The notes under the pieces were generated by a model. That model worked only from the letters and a program-made list of their open reading frames with translations, did not search any database and was not told the DNA's origin. Of a stretch of 38,707 nt of DNA, positions 11,923 to 22,540 are shown in pieces; position 1 is the stretch's first letter; each line of letters begins with the position of its first letter. Source of the stretch: Trichosphaerium sp. ATCC 40318 (taxonomy: Eukaryota > Protista > Tubulinea); NCBI GenBank assembly GCA_038496445.1, contig JALMLS010000251.1, positions 1 through 38,707 of the forward strand. Reading direction: 5' to 3'. Made by a program: the position numbers and the translations under genes.

Positions 11923-12540
11923 TTATGTGTACGAGCAGCAACCACCTTTAGTTCTTATTGGTTTCTCCGCTTGTACTTCCGTTATACACGAGCGGTTCGA
12001 CTAAAGAGGTCTAATGTTATGCCATAGGACTGAAGAGTTAGTTGACTCGCAAAGTTTTAATAAACCAAATTTGGTACCTAATTCATTCGAAACGTCAAAA
12101 TCACCATGTTGTATTTTTCCGTAAAGTTGGTTGGCGGTCTGTTTAAAAGCCTATGGCGCGTGAGACAGGTTTTCGGGAAACAAAGTTTTATTAATGGCAA
12201 CATGGAATTCGAACAAATAAAACCTCTAATTTTGTGAAATGTTGGCAAACTTTCAAAACTAGTAATTAACGTACCTCTTCCGCGTTTGCAGCCATTTTTG
12301 CAGACGTTTCGAGAAAGAAGAGACCGTTCTCCTTTGCAAATTGTTTTCCTTCGTCTGTGCTCATGGCGCGCTTTTGTTCAAGGTCTGACTTGTTGCCTAC
12401 GAGCACAATGGTCATATTTTCGTTGGCATGTTTCACAGCTACGCAAATTTTAGCACTCAAGTAATATAACGTACCTGGCAATATCACGTAAGTAAAACTC
12501 CATCGGCTCCTCTGTAAATACGATCTGGGTGACAGATTTG
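11923..12540 (-). pseudogene. 5'-truncated, intron-retaining Rab2 pseudogene
   Basis: [52 protein letters not shown] is nearly identical to the Rab2 at 27.1-28.1 kb, with the same intron positions. It lacks the P-loop exons, has a deletion of [15 protein letters not shown] and has frameshifts. Confidence 0.9.
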
Positions 12541-12609
12541 TACCCAACGGCGATGGGCGACTCGCTTACAGGTACAACTGACCATTTGGCATTTAACGCT
12601 AACTACAAG

Positions 12610-13340
12610 GCTTCTTTTCGCTTTAATTTCAACAAGCTAGTAGGGTGGTAAGCCAAAGGTTGATAGAAGAACGCTTGGTTGCATACAACAAGGAACTGCG
12701 ACAACACGTGCTCTTTTGTGATCCTCTACATTGTATCACTTCCGGTTCTCTGGCTTTTGTAGTTATAATATTCGCGTCTTGATTTATTAGCAAATGTACA
12801 ATGCGCGTTGTAAGAGATATAGCCATAAATTTTAACTTCGTCCACGTTTTCTTTCGTTTTCAAAGCTTGGTGACTTAATTTTCTTATCTTTAAAAGCCAG
12901 TGATCGCTAAAATACGCAGATCTACGAGCAATGCACCAAACGACGTTGTCAACACAAAATACTACGATTTGACACTCCCTAGTTTGTTGTGTGAACCTTG
13001 TTGTTCCTCCAAAAGGCCCAATATCTGGCGTGTACCACGTCAGTTTGTACGGTTTAAATTTTAAACCATCGGAAAACACAAAAGTTAAGTTTGGCAAACA
13101 TGTCTTTACAGACGTTGAATGACATGCACAAATCTAATGTTTTTTTCTCTTGTCAGCCTTTATGTTCATTTGACGCGCACAGACACCAAAAAACCACAAG
13201 TTAGCAACTTTTGAAAACTTGCCTGGTTTCTCGGCTAGCAATTGTTCTCTGAGTCCAAGCCATAGTCCTTCGTATCTTGGGTCAGATAGTACTAAAGCCA
13301 CGCATAGAAGCAATAGAGTACTTGCATACGATAATTGCAT
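12610..13340 (-). CDS. Possible secreted orphan protein or relic
   Basis: MQLSYASTLLLLCVALVLSDP looks like a signal peptide. Downstream exons (12726-13097) could not be joined unambiguously. Confidence 0.35.
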
Positions 13341-13673
13341 GTTTTTAACGGTATGATGGAAGCTAAGTGAGGCTACGAATTCATTGTTTTGCAGTGCAAT
13401 ACAGAAAGCCGCCAAAGTTAAGTGCCTGCTCTAGCTTATAAAAGAAGGTCACAAGCGCTAGAATGCCATGTACCAGCTGACCGTTCGCACCAACTTTTAT
13501 CCCATTTAAAAAAGTGAAGTTAGGTTAAATGCCGTGTCAGCAGGTGAACTGCTTATTAATGGGTTGTCGTAAATTGCTGGGTTTTATTGTGATTATATAG
13601 AAACAGTAACTCTTATTACAAAGGTTTCGATTGCAGAAGGATTAAAAATTGTATGGGCTCAAAAGCACAAAAA

Positions 13674-15703
13674 TTATGCTTGCTTTGCTTTTGCAGTGTA
13701 ACCCAAGTGTAAACCTTGAGCAACCAACATACCAAACCCTGCAATGGCAGCAGGCACACCAATTACAAGGGAAGAAACCTAAAACTGGAGTCAGTAATGT
13801 ACTGCAGTAGGTAGTCTCCTTTTTACGTACCAGAGTATTAGTAGGATCTACTAGACCGCTGGCAGCAACGCCGACGGAAGTGATTGTGAAAGCGGCAACA
13901 AATGATATGAAAGAAATACCATAGCTAACAGCGCCAGCAGGTGCACTAGTACTCTCTGGTGCAGATTGAATCGGAGCTGGTGTAGGCGATGAAGCATCAC
14001 TGACAGCATTTTTTGCTTCAGCAAGGGCAGACACGAGATACTCTTTAACTTTTGCGGCTTTCTCTATTGCACTGCAAAAAAAATTAACAGAGCGTCCTTA
14101 CATAGCCACGTGATGGTACCTTAGGGAACTATCCGCTCCACAATATTGTTTAAAATCGGCGTCAAATAATGTAGAAAGTTCAGTTGCTATGCTATCTTGA
14201 CCGCCAGCTACAGGTGCTTCAACAGGTGCTTGTGACTTAGACTGAGCCTTCTAGAAACCAGTAAAACAAACGAATTCTGTGGTTTGTTTTTCGTACGTAC
14301 AGCTTTCTTCAACGACGCTTGTAATTCAGAAATTGTTTGCTCCTTTTCGGCATTTTCTGTGGTAATACGCTTCAACTCCTCGTCTTTAGCATGAAGGACA
14401 CTTGATTGTTCTTCAAGAGCAGCTGTGTTACGTTCCAACGCTTCTTGCATTGCTTCAACATCTTCTTTAAGTTCATCGATTTCGCTAGTATCAACTGGAG
14501 CTGCTGGGGCAGCTTTTACTTCTTTAGGGTTTTCTTGTTTGCTTAATTCTGCATTTTCTGCTCGGAGATTATCTAATTCTTTTTGTAGCTTTGCTACAGT
14601 CTCATCGCGTTTCTTTAGTTTATCCTCATTTTCCTATTACAGTTGTTAGAAGGATAACTCGTGTAAAATTAAGAAAAACGTTTTTCGAAGCGTCAAAAGT
14701 TTGAAACGGCTGATTTTGGTGTTTTTAGACGCACCTGTGCACGTGTGAAGGCATCAGAGTGTTCTTGGGTCACTTTGTTAAGAAGTTGTCGGAGTTCTTC
14801 CGTTTCAGAAGTTTTAGAGCCGCTCTTTAGCTTGGACTTGCTTGGTTGTTTTTTTGGCTTTGGCTTTTTATCTTTACTGCTTGTCTTTGGACTAACATGC
14901 TTGGAGCTGGTTTTCTTTTCTAATTTCTTTGATGAATCTTCCTCTGGTTCTGCTTTAGCTTCGGTTTCAGCTTCGCTTTTTTTTAATTCATCATCTAAGC
15001 TATCTCCAAAATACTAAAAATATGCTTAATACATGCACGCCATCATTTTGTAACTTTGTAGAACGATAAAAAACAAACAATTGGATTGTGACATTTTCTC
15101 CTTACCTTGATCGATACTTTGAGTTCTCCGGATACCTTATCCTTATCCTTACGTTTTCTAAGCGTTTGCCAACCACTTACTTCATCTACAAAATAATTAA
15201 TAAATTATTGATAATTATTGTTGTTTCCAAAAAAAATGTGAGTAACAAGATCGTACGTTTCATTAAATATGCTACTTTGAAGGAAAGTTGCCCCTGTAGT
15301 AAAGCGGTTACTTAGATACCCGAAAAAACAAAAAGGTCAATAATGACGCTATACCATGAAGTCTTTCCCAAACGCGTCGTCGTCCCACATAAGGAGGTTA
15401 ATTTCGCTGTCTTCAGATACGCGACTCATCGGAACTGCAAACGATTCCTACGCGCAATTAGCAACGGCTATACACCCCCACACAACGGGTAAAGCGTATA
15501 CGCACATTAAAGATTGGGGTCAGTGTGTTGGGAATGATTTTCGTTTTATCGATCTTTTTAGACCCCACTCTGATGTTAACATACGGATCACTTGTGCCTA
15601 TGCAAGTTATTAGTTTTTACAGGTAAAACAAAAACGTACCATCACTATCGTGGGCGTAAAGATCGCGGCCTTCGATAATCCTAATTAGAAACCCTCCGCT
15701 CAT
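13674..15703 (-). CDS. C2-domain / coiled-coil / C-terminal two-TM protein
   Basis: C2 domain: MSGGFLIRIIEGRDLYAHDSDG|TSDPYVNIRVGSKKIDKTKIIPNTLTPIFN|ESF...LLMWDDDAFGKDFM|GQLSF...WQTLRKRKDKDKVSGELKVSIK, with the Ca-binding Asp residues present. A K/E-rich linker and coiled coil follow. The end has two hydrophobic helices (GISFISFVAAFTITSVGVAASG; VSSLVIGVPAAIAGFGMLVAQGL). Confidence 0.85.
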
Positions 15704-15957
15704 TTGTTGGTTGAGGTGTTGTGGCAAAGAATGAATAATAATTCCAAAATAAAGCGGGTCTCTATAAGTAAACAATATGGTTGACGTCACTTGTGTGCGC
15801 ACTAACACGAGTGTATGTCAACTAAAAGCTCTTCAATGTTTCACTGATTAATGCTGATGTGGACAGTTGATAAAATATTCTGCAAAGAGTACAAAGAAAT
15901 AAGGCAATAATACTAATGTCGGTACTTTATTTTAATTGAAATCAAACTGATACGAGC

Positions 15958-16499
15958 TCACGCAACGCGGAGTATTATATGTACACCGGAAGAAGTGTCA
16001 CAAACTTCACTAATTTGTCCAACTTTAAGAGCGAAACTACACTACGGTTAATACGTACTACGCGTAAAGATTCACGTACGAGGCTTGTTCGAAAGGTAGA
16101 TGCATTTCACCTGAGTAAAGTAAGAAAACATGCTCTAATTAAACAAAAAGCGCGCCTCTGCCAAAGAAACCTAAATCACCACCTCTTTTGGCTGACGAGC
16201 AATCGCTGAACTCTTTGGCAATGTCAACAAATTGTTTTTCCCCAGATGTTATTTGAGCGCGATAGCCTACGTCTGTGAGTGATACTTGGCATAACTGGAA
16301 CGTTTAGAGCCGGAGTAGTTCCGTTACCTTTTAATATTTCTAAAGCTTCGTCCTTGGTTCTAGTTACATTGTCTTGGCGCCAACTACGTGGGTTTCTATA
16401 CAAAAACGTCCATTAATAGATGCAATGTCCCACAAGCACTCCTTACCGTACGGCGTTGTGTTTAACTAGAATATGGGAGCAGCGTACTTTGGTTGTCAT
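15958..16499 (-). CDS. PIN1: Pin1-type parvulin peptidyl-prolyl isomerase lacking a WW domain
   Basis: Not in the ORF track (5 exons): MTTKVRCSHILVKHNAVR|NPRSWRQDNVTRTKDEALEILK|GYRAQITSGEKQFVDIAKEFSDCSSAKRGGDLGFFGR|GEMHLPFEQAS|FALKVGQISEVCDTSSGVHIILRVA*. Confidence 0.95.
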
Positions 16500-16607
16500 T
16501 TGATTACTCTTGCACTGAAACTTAAACATGGATAATTTAAGTAAGATGATTTTATTGTATAGTACAGTTTTCTTTTTTTTTGACATTTAACGCAATGACA
16601 CTCCTGG

Positions 16608-18497
16608 TTACTCACCGAAACTTGGTACGTAAACCTCCACGCGTATGTCTAACTCTTGTAGACATATCTCAGCGCATTTTAGACGCAAAACGTTGAATGC
16701 GTGTACTGTGTTTCTATAGCCTGCGTATGCGTTCAAATATTCCCTCATGCAATCGGCATACCTTCCTTCGGCCTTGGCAAATGCGAGAGCTGCTTCTAAG
16801 TGAAAATTAAGAACGATTTTATCTCATTTCATTTAGTACACTTGCCTGTGAATTGATTGTTTTTATGGACATATCCTATCGCTCCTTTTGTCCTCGCACG
16901 TTCATCAAAGGCTTGTTTCCATTCCAAAATTTTATTTTTAACTTCTTGATCTTCCAAACTCTCACGTAGTTGCAGTATGAGCTTTAACAATCCTTGTGAA
17001 ATATTATTATTCTAAAATCATTTGTTAGTAGTTTGTACTATACTATAGTAACATACAGTATCTACATAAGATGATCTAAAGGCTTTCATCATCATATCAA
17101 ACTCTTTAATATATCTTGCTATGATATCATGTAATTCAGCATCCTCGGTTTGTAGTGCCTCAAAGAATATAGATAACTTATTTAACGCTTCGTCCGAAGA
17201 GTGCTGTGCAAAAATATATGTAAAATCTTCATGACTAAAGTGAAATTAATCCAACAAGTACCAGCAAAGAGAGCACGGCTTGGTACTTACTCCATAGAAA
17301 ATATGACTTGAGCAAAAGGCATTAATAGGCTCGTTATTTCTTCGTTTAATCTGACACACTGACGATCAAGTTTTCGAGCACTCTCAAGGATAGGAACTAA
17401 GGATTATTGTTTAGTATCAGTTCAGTTGCTATTGTTTAAAAGTACCATTACGAAACTTTTCGTAAGTTGCTTTTTTTGTACAGTAATTGAGTTGTGCTTC
17501 TCGTGTATCGTTTGTAGATTCAGCTATTCTTCTAGATTTTCTCAATATATTAAAACCTTGAACAGCATGTCTAAGACTTTCAGAGTACGTCTGTCCATGA
17601 TTAGTTTCATTTGATGTGTAGTATTCATACTGACTTGGTTGTACCTTTTTAATTTGCGTTATATCACGTAAGACACGAATGTTTTCAGCTGTGACATAAT
17701 GAAGATGTTCTATCAAGCCTGGCATCTGGTCCAACAGCTTTACAATAGGATGATTTTCAAAACGCCCTAAATCCAAATATTAGTTTATAGTTGATTGTAT
17801 CAACCTTTCTTACGTGATAATCTAGTTATACCCTTACTTGCAACCGCAGCTACCTGTCCATTTTGAGCAGCATGTGCTATTAAGTGTCAATTTGGCATTT
17901 TTTGTTGTTTTTTTCTGACACGTGATTAGAAGTTTCAACATACCTAACCCGTGTACGTAAACCTTGGCTCTACCAAGTGCCTCTTTAACACACGTTATAA
18001 ATTGAACTACAAACTCATAATCAATACAATTAGGAAAGCCCTACGCAATTTTGAACGAACACGCGAATAACGTTTACGCAAAAACAAAGGTATGTACCTG
18101 CGCTAACGTGTCCACGATACGTATAAGGTTATCAACGTATCTACGCGAATATTTAGCTCCTCAAGGTTTTGATTGACACATACTGTACGTAGCTAGGTGC
18201 TCTACCATCCGTGTTCTGCTACACAGTTAAGGGACGATTATTCACATTGAATGAAGTAAATTGTAATGGGCGGATCAAGGATACTGCTTTGGCGCCTATT
18301 TCAGAGGCTTCTTCGCGTATTTCAAGCAAGTATTTCAAAATCATTTGTATTGCGTCGTATACTGGCTCCAGATCAGTTTTGTACTTACGTACAAGACGCT
18401 CCTCGAACCATTTGCCGAAAGACCACAGAGAAACCAATTTTATCTTTACATCCGTTGATTGGTGAACTTGTGGTTTTTCCGCCACCACCTTTTGCAT
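16608..18497 (-). CDS. Hypothetical all-helical protein (~450 aa, possibly BAR/coiled-coil-like), with one U12 and one GC-AG intron
   Basis: A continuous spliced frame runs from MQKVVAEKP...EIGAKA|QNTDGRAPSYVQ|YVDNLIRIVDTLAQ|GFPNCIDY... through ORF 17429-17776 to ...ELDIRVEVYVPSFGE*. No motif recognised, and an extra 5' exon is possible. Confidence 0.7.
18219..18284 (-). other. U12-type (minor) GT-AG intron
   Basis: Minus-strand donor GTATCCTT (18284), branch site TCCCTTAAC, then TGTGTAG. Removal joins EIGAKA|QNTDG and removes the in-frame TAG. Confidence 0.85.
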
Positions 18498-18685
18498 CTC
18501 TACAATGTCAGCAGAGAATAAACCGACAAAACTCGCGGCTCCAGTCAAGTTCGTTCTTTAAAAGGCTAATTACACTTTTATAGCCGCCCAACGCGTAATT
18601 AGTATGATTTCAGGATGACAACGTTTGTTTCTGTTGTTGTAAACAAAATGTCATTACCGCAGTTCGAAATAGCCCCACGACACTA

Positions 18686-21168
18686 ATGAGAGTATCAAGT
18701 ACGTATAAGCTGCGTTTGTACAACTATTGTACAGTAAAAAAGTTCTTAACCCAATCAACGCGCAGCCAAGCTTCGAAAACAAGTGAGTTTCACTTTGAAA
18801 GACAAAAAACGCAAAAGTGTCCAACAATCGCTTAACAGCCTTGGCGCATCACTTCGTGTTCAAATATTAGATGACTGGTACAAAGTGACATCAACAGAAA
18901 TACGTACCCATGCCGATAAAGCAGTGAGCAACGAGTACGATTTCACACGTGACATTTTTTTATGATAACATAATCCCAATCTTCTAATGCATTGATTAGG
19001 TACAAAGATAATCCAATGTTGTTTCTTTCATCTTATCCCCAACATACATGGAATACAAAAAAACTAGCAATAGCAGGGTACGTTCTAGCATGGACAATAT
19101 TGTTTCGGGAGTCTTACTGTGTAGTAGACACATTCATAGTTCCTATTGGACTGCTGAAAATATATACGAGATTCTCGATGATATCGCAAGAGATTTCAGA
19201 ATCAAAGCACTGGATGATTGGTACAAAGTTAAAATTACAACTCTACAGAGTCATAAAGCTGGAAAAGCACTACTAACATTGTACGCCAACATTACTTGGA
19301 GCCGCAGTCTCTTATTCATTCCTTAGTCACAACAACTCTATGGCATCTTTACTGCTTTCTACATATAAAGACTACGAGTGGGTAGCTGCTAGGTTAGAGT
19401 AAGTTATTCACAATCTCAATAATATGAACCCGCCTCATCTTTTGCAGACCACGCAAAACAAGTAAATCTAATGATAGTCGCCACACAATGAACGCAATTG
19501 GTAAAATACTAAACGTTAAAACTTTGGACGATTGGTATAATATAACATCACAACAAGCATCCTTGAATGGTGCAAGATCGTTAATACAAACGTAGAAGAT
19601 GCTACTCTTACATGTTTGAACTAACTACATTTCAGGCATGGTTTATTCTATACTACAATACGGGCTGTATACCCAGAGTACTCGTGGAATCCTCTTTTAT
19701 TTGCGTACGGGAAATTATGACGGTCAATTACTAAATATAAAGTTTAGGAGTGTACCTCGGTGTCACTGGCACTCTGTAGACAATCAACGTGATATGTTAG
19801 TATTCATGTCGCAGAAGCTCCAAGTAAAAACATTAGAAGGGTGGTACACTATCACAAATCAAGACATTCTCGATTTGGGCGGATCAAGCATAATGTCGAT
19901 GTAATATTCAAAAAAATTTCTCATTTTTTTCTCATCATTCATAGATATAAAGGTTCCTTGTCACGTGCCCTAGTGTCAATATTCGCTGATTACGATTGGG
20001 TAAAATGGAAATTTACGTACGCGTGCAACTTATTATTACTTTTTTGTTCACGTGATAAATCAGAAACACGCCAAAACAATTCCACGACGAAAACGAATTA
20101 TATAGTAACAAGATGGAGTTTGTCGCAGAACAACTTGGAGTCAAACTTTTTTCGGATTGGTATGCTGTATCAATGCGAGATGTATATACTGTAGATAACG
20201 CTGGTCCATTGATAGGAAATAGGTAGAAAGAGCCATGTTGCAATAGTTTGTTAATTTTTTTAGATACAATGGATCTATTATACAAGCTTTGAAGGCAAAT
20301 TATCCTAGTGAACTATGGCACTTAGAAAAGTTTCTGTATGCTTGAAGCTTTTACTAAGAGGAGTATTGATATTTTCTAGTTATGACAATAGCCGCTATGG
20401 CTATATTGATCGTGCTACCTATAGCAAGCTGTACTATGAAATTGATGAGATGGTATTTGATAGCGCGTACGAGTTTGTCAACTTCGGGTTTTGTTATAGT
20501 CTTACTAGTGTATAGCAAGCAGCTTATTAAATTTAAACGGTTAATAAGGAACCTCAACATTACTAAATTGAAGCAATGGTATAGTATAACATGGAGTAAT
20601 TTAATAGACACTGAAGGTGGATGGCTACTTCTCAAGTACGTAGCGAACGCTATAAAACCAAAAAGTAAACACTTATACTCAAAGATTTCGTGGCTCATTG
20701 AGACGTGCCTTGGAAGCTATTTACCCTGGAGTTACATGGGATGCAAAACAATTCAAATTCTCGTAAGCTATTAATCAAATACTAAACTAAACAAGCAAAG
20801 GCATGCACCCTCGGGTTATTGGTATTCAAGGAACAACGTGTTACACTTTTTGCAGCATGTAGAAAGAAGCCTGCTGATCAAGTCTCCAAACGAATGGTGC
20901 GTTTACTGCAATCTAATAAATCAACTCCTAAGTATATGACCAAATAGGGCACGTGTATCTTTGATCCAAATAGTAGAGCTTGGTGGTACTAGTATTGTGT
21001 CAAAGTATCCACAAATACTGGAACGCCTCCACCCTAGTCATCCTTGGGATTGGTCTATGTTTGAACTGAGTGATAAGCGTGCTTCTCAAAGGTATACTAA
21101 TTGTGTTTGTATCTGTATTAACTCTTAAAACCAGGCAATTACTTGCTTGCACTCGTGAGATTCTGTGA
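18686..21168 (+). CDS. Tandem LxDWY-repeat protein (7 repeats of ~75 aa)
   Basis: Repeats LDDWYKV, LDDWYKV, LDDWYNI, LEGWYTI, FSDWYAV, LKQWYSI, PNEWARV, each followed by GGxxxL...Y(K/N)GSLxxAL...YPxxxW. The protein ends ASQR|QLLACTREIL*. First exon uncertain. Confidence 0.8.
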
Positions 21169-21587
21169 CAGTGTTGACAACGATCGAAGCACATTAAATG
21201 ACGCAATTTTGGGTGAATCTATGTGACGCAACATCACTCTGATCTCTTATTGATTGCAATACCACTCAGAACAATTTTATGTTGTCATACAATATCATAT
21301 TTGTAGAGCAAGAAGCATAAAAGTAAAGAATTTGTCTCCAGCTTTCATTTGCTAGTTTTGTGAACTTGTTAATAACCAAAGCTGGCGGCTGGCCATGTGG
21401 TAATTCACGTACATACAGGTTATTGATACACAGAATACATGTTGACCGCCCAACTTGTTGGAATTTCAGTAAAAAACTGGTAAGAAGATGCGGTTTGACC
21501 GATAAGGACAAAAAATAAAATGCACTTTCTCGGTTTCCTAAACTGTTTACCTCAAAAGCCGTTACATACTATTAAAATCCTACTTCA

Positions 21588-22221
21588 ATGTCTGAGAGAA
21601 ACAATAGCCCATGTAGTTCTTCCAGGTGCGCTTGCGGTTAAACAACCTCGTTTTTTTATTTTTTTGTGAATTTTTGCCTAGCTCGAATGGAAATGAAGAC
21701 AACGTTACGCACTGGTATATGCACCCAGATGCAAGTTATTTTCGAGTGAAGTTGACGAACGAGCAACTTGAGTGCGTTAACGTGATTCCCCTTTGTTGCC
21801 ATTAACCTTCCTGTAGTAAAATAAGTAAGATACGGCCAAAGCCACAAGGTGTATTTGTAAGTTTGGTATTCAATTTATTCAAAAAACACTAAATTTTGTT
21901 TAGCTGCTGGACCCAAAAGAAGTGACCGATATCTACGTATGTGGTCTAGAACTACTCCAGGCCATTAATTTCGTCAGTGATAAGCTGGCAAAACAAATGG
22001 ACTGCGCTCCATTATACTTTCAATCTCTTCCAGAATGTCGCCAGTGCTTACTGGCACCACAATGTGCTCTTACTCAGCACTTGTCTCATATTATCAATCC
22101 CGTAGCTCTTAGGGACGTAATACAACAGCGTAATAATGGCGCGCATGGCGCGAATAGCGGTGACATCGGCAAAATGAGTCGTAGTGCATTTAGCATTATG
22201 AGAACCCTTGCTCGGGTGTGA
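21588..22221 (+). CDS. Orphan family F1, divergent copy B (~160 aa)
   Basis: MSERNNSPCSSS|SNG...VKLTNEQLD|KISKIRPKPQGVF|LLDPKEVTDI...LYFQSLPECRQCL...PVALRDVIQQRNN...IMRTLARV*. It has the same 2,2,0 intron phases and the LTxE(E/Q)L(E/D)|xIxx(L/I)RPxP motif as the other F1 copies. Confidence 0.7.
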
Positions 22222-22540
22222 ATAAAACTTGTTTTTTTGGTTCAAACATTTTGGTTTGCCTGGCTTGGAACTTCTAAAAAGCCCATCTCGCACCTGACGT
22301 CAGAAAGGCCTTTAGTAATACGCCTTAGCTCCCAGCTCGCGATCTATCGCTGGTGCAAACTTTGCTTTTTGAAGTTAGCACGATCATTAGCCGATGGCCA
22401 AAACCGTTTATACTTAACTCGAGGTAGATTTTCTTCCTACCTTGTTTTTGATGCCATTTTAAGACAGAGCGCTACTTAGCTTATTGTCACTGAAACACCT
22501 TTTTCACGCATCAACGCGTATAAATTTAATTCGCGCTACC

